Below are positions 1 through 9,113 of a stretch of 64,000 nucleotides of DNA, in pieces. The position numbers and the translations under genes were made by a program. The notes under the pieces were generated by a model. That model was not told where the DNA came from. It made no database searches and saw nothing but the letters and a program-made list of their open reading frames with translations. Source of the DNA: a virus; IMG/VR virus record IMGVR_UViG_2917159879_000004. The stretch is one strand, 5' to 3'. Every line of letters starts with the position of its first letter. Position 1 is the first letter of the stretch.

Positions 1-303
1 GCGCGGAGGGGCGAAGCACGCCGGGCTGCGCTGGCCGAGCTGGTGGGCAGCGACATCGAGGAGCAGCTCCACACGCACTATCGGGGCGAAGAAATTTACG
101 TGGCCCGCTGCCACAAGGCGCTGGTACGGTGGCGCGACCTGGAGATCGTCGAGCGCTTCGAGCAGGGCTTGCGTGATGGGCAAACCGCCCGTAGCCTGCT
201 TAGCGATCTGGCCCGCCAGTACAACTTGTCCGACCGCTGGATATGGGAGATTGTCAACCGGCCGAGCGAGCCGGCACCGCAGCAATCCACCCTGTTCCAC
301 TAA
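1..303 (+). CDS. Mor/C-family late transcription activator (5'-truncated by window edge)
   Basis: Frame is open from base 1. GEEIYV...RDLEI...LARQYNLSDRWIWEIV is a Mor-type C-terminal HTH. Lies just before the late operon. Confidence 0.85.
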   Translation, partial: ARRGEARRAALAELVGSDIEEQLHTHYRGEEIYVARCHKALVRWRDLEIVERFEQGLRDGQTARSLLSDLARQYNLSDRWIWEIVNRPSEPAPQQSTLFH

Positions 304-349
304 GCCGGGGCGCAACGCCCCGGCCGGCGTCTCCGCGCCGATCCTGTCT

Positions 350-405
350 CAGCCGTTGAACCCCTTCCGCTAATCCTGCGTCGCACTCGCCGCCACGATG
401 GCGGC
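350..405 (+). promoter_or_regulatory. Putative activator-dependent late promoter 1
   Basis: CAGCCGTTGAACCCCTTCC...GCCACGATGGCGGC-ATG is repeated nearly identically at 9487-9545. Confidence 0.65.
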
Positions 406-753
406 ATGAGCACATCTAGCCCCCCAACGTCTCTACGCAGCCCCCGCGACTACGCCGCCGCCATCCTGGCCGAGCCCAGCCGCGAGCGTCGTAACGCTCT
501 GCTGGAAGCCTGCCCGGTCAACTGGCAGCCACTTGTTCGGGCGCACGTCGAGGACGCCTTCGCGAAGGTCAAGGCGTATCGCCAGATGATGGACAACCGC
601 GCCGAGTCGATCCGGCGCGGCCCGCCTCCTGCTCCCCGCGTCACCGACACCGATTTCCGCATATCCAACTACACCAAGTCCGCCCCGGAGGTAGGCAATG
701 CGCACCTATCCGCAATTCGGGCAGCGCTCGCAACGGAAGCACCAAATGCCTGA
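406..753 (+). CDS. Hypothetical phage protein, first gene of late operon
   Basis: 115-aa ORF directly after the promoter motif; overlaps the start of the next gene. Confidence 0.7.
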   Translation: MSTSSPPTSLRSPRDYAAAILAEPSRERRNALLEACPVNWQPLVRAHVEDAFAKVKAYRQMMDNRAESIRRGPPPAPRVTDTDFRISNYTKSAPEVGNAHLSAIRAALATEAPNA

Positions 754-1168
754 TCCCGCATCCACCTCGGCCGGCAGCGCCGCGCTGCTGAAAATGTTCG
801 GCATCCACATAAGCGCGGGCGCCCTGGCTGCCGCCCTGGGCTTCCTGGTCCTGTGGCCCCGAACCATGAAAGAGGGGTTCGCCCGGCTGTTCTGCACCAT
901 CGTCGCGTCCAGCGTCTTCGGCCCGATCCTGGTCGTTTACCTGCACTCCAACCGCCCCGAGCTGTTCGAGTCCGCCCAGGTGGTGGCCGGGCTCTACCAA
1001 CTGGAACCAGCGGTCGGCCTGCTGTTCGTTTCCGCTCCGCTCCTGGTGATTGCCGGTCTGCCTGCCTGGTGGCTGATCGGTGCAGCCCTGCGCCTGTTTG
1101 AGCGGGACGGTGATTCATGGCTGGGCGCGTTCGCCCAGTGGGTAAAACGCAAACTGGAGAACAACTGA
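746..1168 (+). CDS. Putative holin
   Basis: Three hydrophobic segments; TGATG-coupled to the endolysin; ATG at 746 chosen as start. Confidence 0.7.
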   Translation: MPDPASTSAGSAALLKMFGIHISAGALAAALGFLVLWPRTMKEGFARLFCTIVASSVFGPILVVYLHSNRPELFESAQVVAGLYQLEPAVGLLFVSAPLLVIAGLPAWWLIGAALRLFERDGDSWLGAFAQWVKRKLENN

Positions 1169-1584
1169 TGGCCCTTCAACCTCGCGGCATCCGCAACAAC
1201 AACCCCGGCAACATCGTTTGGTCGGCACGCAACAACTGGCAGGGCCAGCTCCCGCACAACCCGAAGATCGAGCCCCGATTCGCCCGCTTCGACACCGCGC
1301 ATAACGGCATCCGCGCCCTGGCAAAGCTGCTGCTGAACTATCGCAAGGTCCACGGCCTGCGCACCGTCGAATCGCTGATCGCACGCTGGGCTCCATCCAA
1401 CGAGAACGACACACGCGCTTATGCCACGGCCGTGGCCCGAGCCATGGGGGTTCCGCCACAGGCCGGCCTGCACATGGACCAGGACACACTGGCCGCCCTG
1501 GTGACCGCAATCATTCGGCACGAAAACGGGCAGCAGCCCTACAGCGCCGAGCAGATCGCCCAGGCCGTGCGGGAGGTGCTGTGA
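1168..1584 (+). CDS. Endolysin (RGIRNNNPGNI lysozyme-like family)
   Basis: RGIRNNNPGNI, RWAPSNEN and IIRHENG motifs; located between holin and spanins. Confidence 0.8.
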   Translation: MALQPRGIRNNNPGNIVWSARNNWQGQLPHNPKIEPRFARFDTAHNGIRALAKLLLNYRKVHGLRTVESLIARWAPSNENDTRAYATAVARAMGVPPQAGLHMDQDTLAALVTAIIRHENGQQPYSAEQIAQAVREVL

Positions 1585-1826
1585 TGCAGCGCCCCAGCGG
1601 AATCAGCCTCAGCGATCTGTTCGCGATCTGCCGTGAAGACCCCGGCAATCGCTGGCTCTGGATACGCCTCTATCTCCGCGACCTGCTGGCCCGCGTCGTG
1701 ATTCTGGCCTTCATGGCAATTGGTGCCGCAGGCCTCGCCTATGGCCTGGGCGGGGCGTTCGCCTACGGCTTCATGCAGACCGTTGCCTCCTACCAGGTCC
1801 AGCTCAGCGTCGAGAAATCGCCATGA
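1581..1826 (+). CDS. Small membrane protein in lysis cassette
   Basis: GTGA/ATGA overlaps on both sides; one long hydrophobic segment. Confidence 0.65.
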   Translation: MMQRPSGISLSDLFAICREDPGNRWLWIRLYLRDLLARVVILAFMAIGAAGLAYGLGGAFAYGFMQTVASYQVQLSVEKSP

Positions 1827-2224
1827 CCTGGCGCGCCGACCTGATTGTCTTTGTGCTCCTGGTGATGATCTGGACGGCCGGCTGGTGGGGCGGTCGCGAG
1901 GCTGGCCTGGCCGATGGGCGCGCCGCCTGCGCCGACGCACAGACCCGCGCATATCGCGACGTCCTGGAGCAATCGGCGGCACAACTGAAGACGGTCCAGG
2001 ACACCAGCGCGGCTCTTTTCCAGCGCCTGGCCAAGCGGGCCGACAGTGACCAACAAACTACTCGGGAGCTTCGCCATGCCCTGGCCGAAACCGCTGCTGA
2101 TCGCGCTGCCTGCCGCTTTCCTGCTGGCGTCATGCAGCAGCTCGAAACCGCCCGTCAACGTGCCTCCCAGGCCACTACCGGCGGCCTTGGCTCAACCGTG
2201 CCCGACCCCAGTGGCGGTGACTGA
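1823..2224 (+). CDS. Rz: i-spanin (Rz-like)
   Basis: N-terminal TM followed by a coiled coil; overlapped by a lipoprotein ORF. Confidence 0.75.
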   Translation: MTWRADLIVFVLLVMIWTAGWWGGREAGLADGRAACADAQTRAYRDVLEQSAAQLKTVQDTSAALFQRLAKRADSDQQTTRELRHALAETAADRAACRFPAGVMQQLETARQRASQATTGGLGSTVPDPSGGD

Positions 2225-2330
2225 TGACAGCCCCGATGCCGCCGCAATTGCCCTCAAACAACTCTACGACCAATACGGCGTTTGCGCCGGCCTGCACTGG
2301 GACACCGTGCGGCACCTTCAAAAGGACTGA
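2076..2330 (+). CDS. Rz1: o-spanin (Rz1-like lipoprotein)
   Basis: MPWPKPLLIALPAAFLLASC signal and lipobox; Pro-rich; in an alternate frame overlapping Rz. Confidence 0.75.
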   Translation: MPWPKPLLIALPAAFLLASCSSSKPPVNVPPRPLPAALAQPCPTPVAVTDDSPDAAAIALKQLYDQYGVCAGLHWDTVRHLQKD

Positions 2331-2334
2331 TCCG

Positions 2335-2523
2335 ATGACCGAAAAGAAAGCCTCTCCCGAGTTCGAACTGCTGCAACGCATCGACGGCCGCCTGGAGCGC
2401 TTCGAGGACCGATTCCCGCAGATCGAACGTAAGGCCGTGCTGTATGGCTCGGCGGCCGGCGCGCTGGCGGGTGGCCTGGTTGCCTGCGGCCTGCTCGCGG
2501 CGCGTATCAAGCTCGGTATCTGA
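2335..2523 (+). CDS. Small protein with C-terminal TM segment
   Basis: AAGGA RBS, ATG at 2335, 62 aa, fills the gap before terS. Confidence 0.65.
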   Translation: MTEKKASPEFELLQRIDGRLERFEDRFPQIERKAVLYGSAAGALAGGLVACGLLAARIKLGI

Positions 2524-2531
2524 GGTAGTCC

Positions 2532-3032
2532 ATGGCGCACCCGAAGGAAACCCGCGACGCCCTGCGCCGCGCCTACGTCCTCGACCGCCAGTCCCTGGAG
2601 GTCGCGGCCGCCATGTTCGGCGTCTCCTACGGCACCGCCCGCCGCTGGAAACAGCAGGCGGAAGCCGAGGGGGACGACTGGGACAAGGCGCAATCGGCGC
2701 AGTTGCTGGCCGGTGGTGGGCTGGAGGACGTGGCGCGCCAGGTGCTGGCCGGCCTGGTGACCCAGTTCCAGGCCACCATGGAGGCCGTCCAGGTAGACGC
2801 GGACATCAAGCCCGCCGTGAAGGTGCAGCTGCTCGCCAGCCTGGCCGACGCCTACAACAAGACGGTCAGCGCGTCCAAGCGTGTTCTGCCCGAAACATCA
2901 GCACTGGCCACCGCAATGGAGGTGCTCCAGCGCCTGGCTAGCTTCATTCGTGAGCGGTTTCCGCAGCACGCCCACGCCTTTGCTGAGGTGCTGGAGCCGT
3001 TTGGGGAGTTACTTGCGAGAGAAATTAAATGA
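2532..3032 (+). CDS. Terminase small subunit (DUF1804-like)
   Basis: N-terminal HTH (MAHPKETRDALRRAYV...ARRWK); upstream of terL. Confidence 0.8.
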   Translation: MAHPKETRDALRRAYVLDRQSLEVAAAMFGVSYGTARRWKQQAEAEGDDWDKAQSAQLLAGGGLEDVARQVLAGLVTQFQATMEAVQVDADIKPAVKVQLLASLADAYNKTVSASKRVLPETSALATAMEVLQRLASFIRERFPQHAHAFAEVLEPFGELLAREIK

Positions 3033-3034
3033 AC

Positions 3035-3508
3035 TTAGAACAGCCTGCGACTAGGTCTCGGTTTGAGGGGGGCGGATGGCCTTACCTGAAGTTTAGTTCC
3101 ACAACGGGGACAGTTTACGTAAATGGAGTTATGCCGTTGCAAAACACTTTTAACTCCCTCATTGAAGCATTTAACACAAAGAGAGTGAGCAGGCTCGTCC
3201 CCTTGGCACTCTGGCTTAATACGGTAAATAAATGTCCCAAACTCGGTGGCGGTGAGGGTATATCGGGCACTCTCCTCTTCCCATCGAATGTACTTGGCTA
3301 TTTCCGCCTCAAGTTCACGTATGCGGGCCGTAAGGCCTGTATGTTCTGCATGGGCTGCGTTCAACTGCCCTTGGAGCCCAAGAAGAACGCCGTTGAGTTC
3401 AACAACCTTAGTAGTTACAGCTGCGTCCGTCTTCAACGTAAGCATGCCTTGCGTAATATCCGTGGCCGCCTTGATGCCGCCGTAGGCACCAGCAATCCAG
3501 TCCATCAT
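3035..3508 (-). CDS. Antisense accessory (moron) protein, coiled coil plus C-terminal CxxC/CxxC zinc ribbon
   Basis: AAGGA RBS 8 nt before ATG 3508; CVKC...CPRC; locally AT-richer than flanks; inserted between terS and terL. Confidence 0.75.
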   Translation of the reverse strand: MMDWIAGAYGGIKAATDITQGMLTLKTDAAVTTKVVELNGVLLGLQGQLNAAHAEHTGLTARIRELEAEIAKYIRWEEESARYTLTATEFGTFIYRIKPECQGDEPAHSLCVKCFNEGVKSVLQRHNSIYVNCPRCGTKLQVRPSAPLKPRPSRRLF

Positions 3509-3539
3509 GACCAGGTTCCTTCTGGGGAGAAATCGACCC

Positions 3540-5195
3540 ATGAAGGGTAGCACCAGAGACTTCCTGGCGGATATTGCCCAGCTCGCGGGGGAGTTCCGCC
3601 GCCAGATCGAGGCCGAGGTCGCAGGCTTCGACCCCGACCCGAAGGCCAGCGCCGTCCGGCGTGAACGGGCCAGCGCGGACTACGAGTATTTCGCCCGGAC
3701 CTACTTCCCGCACTACGTGAAGCGCGGTAACGCGCTGCTCCACGACTACCTCTACAAGCGGTTGCCCGAGCTGGTGGACCACCCGGACGGCCAGCACGAA
3801 GCCATTGCGGCACCGCGTGGTAATGCCAAGTCCACCCTGGTGAGCCAGATATTCGTGATCTGGTGCGTACTCACCGGCCGCAAGCATTACCCCCTGATCA
3901 TCATGGATGCCTTCGAACAGGCCGCCACGATGCTGGAGGCGATCAAGGCGGAGCTGGAGTTCAACCCGCGCCTGGCCACCGACTTCCCCCAGGGCGCCGG
4001 CAAGGGCCGCGTCTGGCAGGTCGGCACCATCGTTACGGCGAACGATGCCAAGGTCCAGGTCTTCGGCTCCGGCAAGCGGATGCGTGGTCTTCGACACGGC
4101 CCGCATCGTCCTGACCTGGTGATCGGCGACGACCTGGAGAACGACGAGAACGTCCGCAGCCCGGAGCAGCGCGACAAGCTGGAAAACTGGCTGAAGAAAA
4201 CCGTTCTGTCCCTCGGCTCAGCCGACGACACCATGGACGTGATCATTATCGGGACCATCCTTCACTACGACTCGGTCCTGTCGCGCCTGCTGAAAAACCC
4301 GCTGTGGAAGCGGCGCAAGTTCAAGGCGATTATCGAATGGCCGCACCGCATGGACCTGTGGGAGAAGTGGGAAGAGCTTCTGCTCAACTCGGATGACGAA
4401 GGGGTCGCCGCGCTGGAGTTCTACCAGGAGCGCGCCGCCGCCATGGAGGACGGCGCGATCATCTGCTGGCCGGATGGGCAGCCCCTTTACAAACTCATGG
4501 TGAAGCGTGCCCGCGATGGGCACTCGGCGTTCGACTCGGAACAGCAGAACGACCCTGTCCAGGGCGAGAACGCCCCCTTCGCCGCCTGCATCACGTTCTG
4601 GGTCAACCGCCTGGCGCAGTGGATGTTCTACGGCGCGTGCGACCCGTCCCTTGGCAAGCAAGGTTCCAGCCGCGACCCCAGCGCCATCCTGGTGGGTGGG
4701 TTCAATCGGGAAACAGGCGTCCTGGACGTGGTCGAGGCCGGTATCCGCAAGCGCCTGCCGGACAAGATTATCGAGGACATCATCGCCATGCAGCGGGCCT
4801 ATCGCTGCCTAGTCTGGGGCGTCGAGGCGGTCCAGTTCCAGGAGTTCCTGCGCACCGAGCTGGTGAAGCGCTCGGCCAAGGCGGGCTGCCCAGTACCTGC
4901 CCGAGCGATCACGCCACACGCCGACAAGCTGCTGCGCATCGAAAGCCTCCAGCCGCACATGGCCAACGGCCTAATCCGTCTGCACCCCAGCCAGACCGTC
5001 CTGGAACAACAGCTGCGCCACTTCCCGGCCGCAGACCACGACGATGGCCCCGACGCCCTGCACATGCTCTGGATGCTCGCGACAACCGGTTTCGCTTCCA
5101 TGGAGTTCGCCCTGGTAGGCCGGCAAGGGACCGCCAGCTCTGGTGGATTTGACGATTCATTTGACGTAGGTGGCCGCATGGGCGGCGACTGGTAG
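3540..5195 (+). CDS. terL: Terminase large subunit
   Basis: Walker A APRGNAKST, Walker B VIGDDLE, nuclease motifs ACDPS and HDDGPDA. Confidence 0.92.
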   Translation: MKGSTRDFLADIAQLAGEFRRQIEAEVAGFDPDPKASAVRRERASADYEYFARTYFPHYVKRGNALLHDYLYKRLPELVDHPDGQHEAIAAPRGNAKSTLVSQIFVIWCVLTGRKHYPLIIMDAFEQAATMLEAIKAELEFNPRLATDFPQGAGKGRVWQVGTIVTANDAKVQVFGSGKRMRGLRHGPHRPDLVIGDDLENDENVRSPEQRDKLENWLKKTVLSLGSADDTMDVIIIGTILHYDSVLSRLLKNPLWKRRKFKAIIEWPHRMDLWEKWEELLLNSDDEGVAALEFYQERAAAMEDGAIICWPDGQPLYKLMVKRARDGHSAFDSEQQNDPVQGENAPFAACITFWVNRLAQWMFYGACDPSLGKQGSSRDPSAILVGGFNRETGVLDVVEAGIRKRLPDKIIEDIIAMQRAYRCLVWGVEAVQFQEFLRTELVKRSAKAGCPVPARAITPHADKLLRIESLQPHMANGLIRLHPSQTVLEQQLRHFPAADHDDGPDALHMLWMLATTGFASMEFALVGRQGTASSGGFDDSFDVGGRMGGDW

Positions 5196-5206
5196 GAGAC
5201 GCAACG

Positions 5207-6793
5207 ATGGCCACCATCGTGGATATTTACGGCAACCCCCTGCGAACCCAGCAGCTACGCAAGCAGCAGACCGCGCACCTGACGGGACTGGCCAAAGAGT
5301 TCGCCAACCACCCGGCCAAGGGGCTGACCCCAGCTAAGTTGGCTCGCATCTTGATCGAGGCCGAGCAGGGTCAACTCCAGGCTCAGGCCGAGCTGTTCAT
5401 GGACATGGAGGAACGCGACGCCCACCTGTTCGCCGAAATGAGCAAGCGCAAGCGCGCTGTCCTCGGCCTGGACTGGACCATCGAGCCGCCGCGCAACGCC
5501 TCGGCCGCAGAGAAGGCCGACGCGGAGTATCTCCACGAGCTGCTGCTCGACCTGGAAGGTATTGAAGACCTCATGCTCGATTGCATGGACGGCGTCGGCC
5601 ACGGCTATAGCGCTATCGAGCTGGACTGGTCGCTCCAGGGGCGGGAGTGGTTGCCGCAGACCTTCGACCACCGGCCGCAGAGCTGGTTTCAACTGAGCCC
5701 GGACGACCAGGACGAGCTGCGCCTGCGCGATAACAGCATCGCGGGCGAGGTACTCCAGCCGTTCGGCTGGATCATGCACAAGCCGCGTTCGCGCTCGGGA
5801 TACGTGGCGCGTAGCGGGCTGTTCCGGGTGCTGGCCTGGCCGTACCTGTTCAAGCACTACTCCACGGCCGACCTGGCGGAAATGCTCGAAATCTACGGTC
5901 TGCCGATCCGGCTCGGGAAGTACCCGCCCGGCACGCCCGACGAAGAGAAGGTGACCCTGCTGCGAGCCGTGACCGGCCTCGGCCATGCCGCAGCGGGCAT
6001 CATCCCCGAGAGTATGTCCATCGAGTTCCAGGAAGCGTCGAAAGGCTCGGCCGAGCCGTTCATGGCCATGATGCGCTGGTGCGATGACTCGATGTCGAAG
6101 GCCATCCTGGGCGGCACGCTCACCAGCCAGACCAGCGAATCGGGCGGTGGTGCCTATGCCCTGGGGCAGGTCCATAACGAGGTGCGCCATGACCTTCTGG
6201 CGGCGGATGCCCGACAGCTCGCCGCCACGCTGAGCCGCGACCTGCTCTGGCCCCTCCTGGTCCTCAACCGCTCCGGCAACCTCGACGCACGCCGCGCCCC
6301 CCGCCTGGTGTTCGACCTCAAGGACCGGGCCGACCTGGCCGCCATGGCAACGTCATTACCGCCCCTGGTCAAGCTGGGCGTCCAGGTTCCGGTCAACTGG
6401 GTCCAGGAGCAACTGGGAATCCCGCTGCCGGCCAAGGGCGAGGCAGTCCTGGTCGATCAGGCCGGCGCAGGCATCGCCCAACTGAACCGGCGCCCTGGTC
6501 CTCGCGTCGCTGCGCTGGCCCAGGTGATTGGACCACGCTACCGCGATCAGGAAGCGCTGGACCAGGTGCTGGCCAGCCTGCCGGCCCAGGACATGCAAAA
6601 CCAGGCCGATAGCCTGGTCGCGCCGCTCCTGGATGTGATCAGCCGCGGAGGTAGCGAGGCAGAGCTGCTCGGCGCGCTGGCCGAGACATTCCCGGATATG
6701 GACGATAGCGCCCTGGCGGATGCCCTCCATCGGTTGCTGTTCGTGGCCGACACCTGGGGCCGGCTCAATGGCACGTTGGATCGGATCGACTGA
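5207..6793 (+). CDS. Portal protein (Mu gp29/DUF935)
   Basis: YGLPIRLGKY, SKAILGGTLT and ALGQVHNEVR motifs; follows terL. Confidence 0.92.
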   Translation: MATIVDIYGNPLRTQQLRKQQTAHLTGLAKEFANHPAKGLTPAKLARILIEAEQGQLQAQAELFMDMEERDAHLFAEMSKRKRAVLGLDWTIEPPRNASAAEKADAEYLHELLLDLEGIEDLMLDCMDGVGHGYSAIELDWSLQGREWLPQTFDHRPQSWFQLSPDDQDELRLRDNSIAGEVLQPFGWIMHKPRSRSGYVARSGLFRVLAWPYLFKHYSTADLAEMLEIYGLPIRLGKYPPGTPDEEKVTLLRAVTGLGHAAAGIIPESMSIEFQEASKGSAEPFMAMMRWCDDSMSKAILGGTLTSQTSESGGGAYALGQVHNEVRHDLLAADARQLAATLSRDLLWPLLVLNRSGNLDARRAPRLVFDLKDRADLAAMATSLPPLVKLGVQVPVNWVQEQLGIPLPAKGEAVLVDQAGAGIAQLNRRPGPRVAALAQVIGPRYRDQEALDQVLASLPAQDMQNQADSLVAPLLDVISRGGSEAELLGALAETFPDMDDSALADALHRLLFVADTWGRLNGTLDRID

Positions 6794-8079
6794 TGGCAAC
6801 GCCAACCGAGGCCGATCTGCGGGCCATCTTCGCCATGCGGCCGGAGGCCGCCATTGAGTACCTGGAGCGCAAGGGATTCGCCATTACCTGGAACTGGCAC
6901 GATGTTGACGCGGCCACCCATGCCCGAGCGCTGACGGTGGCCAAGGCGGCACGCCTGGACGTGCTCCAGGACATCCGCGACGCCCTGGTCGATAACCTGG
7001 AGCGTGGCGGAACGCTGCGCGACTTCCAGCGCAACCTGCGGCCGATCCTGGAGGCCAAGGGCTGGTGGGGGCGTCAGATAGTGGTTGCGCCGGACGGCGG
7101 GGCCGAGGTCGCCCAGCTCGGCAGCCCGCGCCGGCTGGAAACGATCTACCAGACCAACATGCAGTCGGCCTACATGGCCGGGCGCTATGCCGCCGCATAC
7201 GAGGCCAGGGAAACTCACCCTTACTGGATGTATGTGGCCGTCATGGACAGCGTCACCCGGCCCAGCCATGCGGCGCTACATGGCAAAGTGTTCCGCTGGG
7301 ACGACCCGATCTGGCAGCACATCATGCCGCCGAATGGCTACAACTGCCGGTGCCGAATCGTTCCGTTGACGGCGGCCGCTGTGCGTCGCCGTGGTCTGAC
7401 GGTCGAATCCAGCGTCGGCAAGACCGGCCAAGTGACCGTCGAGACGGGCGTAGACAAGCGGACGGGGGAGATTCGGGAACAGACCCTGACCACCCTGGAG
7501 ACGACCGACCGGGCCGGTCGGAAGATCCAATTTCGCCCCGATGCCGGGTTCGACGGCAGCCCGATACAGAGCGCCCTGATGGACCAGGTGCTGTACAACA
7601 AGGCCGAGCGCACCCTGGGAGCGCCTGCCGCCCTCGGCGAGGTCCAGGACGTGCTCCTGGACCCGGTACGCCAGCGCGCCTGGCAGGCGTTTGTGGACCG
7701 CTCCACGTCGCCCCAGGGACAGACGATGTCGGTCGGCGTCCTCGATCCGACCGACATCACCTATGCGGCTGCCCAGGGTGCCCAGCTCCAGGCTGGCGTG
7801 GTATCGGCCAGCGACACCGTGATCCGTAACAGCCCGGTCGCTCGCGAGCAGTTGGCGAACCTGCCGCAGCGCCTGGCCCAGCCCGCCATGGTGCTGTGGG
7901 AGCGTGGCAGCGAGTCGCTGGTCTATGTCGTCCAGGATGGCGACTCTACCCTGGCGGTTCGGCTGCGCGGTGGCGTCTATGGGCCGGGCCAAATGGAGTA
8001 CATCAGCCAGGTTACAGAGGTGACGATGGAAAGCATCGACGACGGGCTCGCCCTGGGCCGTTACAGGAGGGTTCGCTAA
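6793..8079 (+). CDS. Mu gpF-like minor head protein
   Basis: RLETIYQTN, TRPSHAALHG and PPNGYNCRC motifs. Confidence 0.9.
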   Translation: MATPTEADLRAIFAMRPEAAIEYLERKGFAITWNWHDVDAATHARALTVAKAARLDVLQDIRDALVDNLERGGTLRDFQRNLRPILEAKGWWGRQIVVAPDGGAEVAQLGSPRRLETIYQTNMQSAYMAGRYAAAYEARETHPYWMYVAVMDSVTRPSHAALHGKVFRWDDPIWQHIMPPNGYNCRCRIVPLTAAAVRRRGLTVESSVGKTGQVTVETGVDKRTGEIREQTLTTLETTDRAGRKIQFRPDAGFDGSPIQSALMDQVLYNKAERTLGAPAALGEVQDVLLDPVRQRAWQAFVDRSTSPQGQTMSVGVLDPTDITYAAAQGAQLQAGVVSASDTVIRNSPVAREQLANLPQRLAQPAMVLWERGSESLVYVVQDGDSTLAVRLRGGVYGPGQMEYISQVTEVTMESIDDGLALGRYRRVR

Positions 8080-8546
8080 TGGCCAATCGCATCGAGCTGG
8101 AACTGGTGGACCGCGAGGTCCAGGAGCGCCTGGCGGCGCTCTATGCGGCGGTAACCGACACTCTGCCACTGATGCGCGGCATCGCTGCTGAGCTGCTGGC
8201 CGAGACGGAGTTTGCATTCATGGACGAGGGGCCGGGATGGCCTCAGTTGAGCCCCGTTACCGTTGCAGCGCGAGCGGCGAAGGGGCGCGGCGCGCATCCG
8301 ATTCTCCAGGTCACCAACGCCCTGGCGCGCTCGATCACAACCCGCGCTGACCGTGACCAGGCGCAGATCGGCTCCAATCTGAGCTACGCAGCTATCCAGC
8401 AGTTGGGCGGTCAGGCTGGGCGGGGTCGCAAGGTGACGATCCCTGCGCGCCCGTATCTCCCGGTCCTCAGAAACGGCCAGCTCAAGCCAAGCGCCCGCGA
8501 TGCGGTCCTGGACGTCCTTCTAGCTGCTCTATCCCAGGGGCGTTAG
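8079..8546 (+). CDS. Virion morphogenesis protein (Mu gpG-like)
   Basis: GSNLSYAAIQQLGG...IPARPYL motif; TAATG coupling. Confidence 0.88.
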   Translation: MANRIELELVDREVQERLAALYAAVTDTLPLMRGIAAELLAETEFAFMDEGPGWPQLSPVTVAARAAKGRGAHPILQVTNALARSITTRADRDQAQIGSNLSYAAIQQLGGQAGRGRKVTIPARPYLPVLRNGQLKPSARDAVLDVLLAALSQGR

Positions 8547-8567
8547 GGGAAATGAATTCGGACAAGC

Positions 8568-8611
8568 GGCACATTGTGCCTATTGCGCATTAGGCACAAT
8601 GTGCCTAATCT
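8568..8611 (+). promoter_or_regulatory. acr promoter with two Aca1 operator palindromes
   Basis: IR1 GGCACA-T-TGTGCC (8568-8580); IR2 ATTAGGCACA-A-TGTGCCTAAT (8589-8609); -35 TTGCGC (8583), 17-bp spacer, -10 TAATCT (8606). Confidence 0.9.
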
Positions 8612-8658
8612 AGCGTCATGCCAGCCACAACGGCGAGGCGAACCCAAGGAGAGACACC

Positions 8659-8949
8659 ATGACTAAGACCGCACAAATGATCGCTCAGCAGCACAAAGAT
8701 ACTGTCGCAGCGTGCGAAGCCGCCGAAGCCATCGCTATCGCTAAAGATCAGGTATGGGATGGCGAGGGCTATACCAAGTACACGTTCGACGACAACAGCG
8801 TCCTGATCCAGTCGGGCACTACCCAGTACGCGATGGATGCCGACGACGCAGACAGCATCAAAGGCTATGCGGACTGGCTGGACGACGAAGCTCGCTCCGC
8901 CGAAGCGTCGGAGATCGAGCGTCTGCTTGAATCGGTCGAGGAGGAGTGA
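8659..8949 (+). CDS. acrIF2: Anti-CRISPR AcrIF2 (96-aa full-length form, acidic DNA mimic)
   Basis: Recognised sequence MIAQQHKDTVAACEAAEAIAIAKDQVWDGEGY...; AAGGAG RBS before 8659; canonical locus between gpG and protease. Confidence 0.93.
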   Translation: MTKTAQMIAQQHKDTVAACEAAEAIAIAKDQVWDGEGYTKYTFDDNSVLIQSGTTQYAMDADDADSIKGYADWLDDEARSAEASEIERLLESVEEE

Positions 8950-8954
8950 AAGTC

Positions 8955-9113
8955 ATGAGCACCCAGCACACATACGAACAAATCGCTGAAGACTTCCGCC
9001 TGTGGGGCGAGTACATGGACCCCAACGCAGAAATGACCGAAGAGGAATTCCAGGCCCTCTCCACCGAGGAGAAGGTCGCCATGCAAGTCGAGGCATTCGG
9101 TGCTGAAGCCTGA
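8955..9113 (+). CDS. acrIE4: Anti-CRISPR AcrIE4 (52 aa; absent from the ORF track)
   Basis: Manual translation MSTQHTYEQIAEDFRLWGEYMDPNAEMTEEEFQALSTEEKVAMQVEAFGAEA; GAGGAG RBS. Confidence 0.9.
   Translation: MSTQHTYEQIAEDFRLWGEYMDPNAEMTEEEFQALSTEEKVAMQVEAFGAEA

Noticed and set aside
304..324. GC hairpin GCCGGGGCG-CAA-CGCCCCGGC after the activator gene as an intrinsic terminator
   Set aside because: The stem is real but has no U tract, so the function cannot be supported.
8568..8609. CRISPR-like repeat or RNA anti-CRISPR
   Set aside because: The two palindromes are fully explained as Aca1 operators; there is no repeat-spacer periodicity anywhere in the window.
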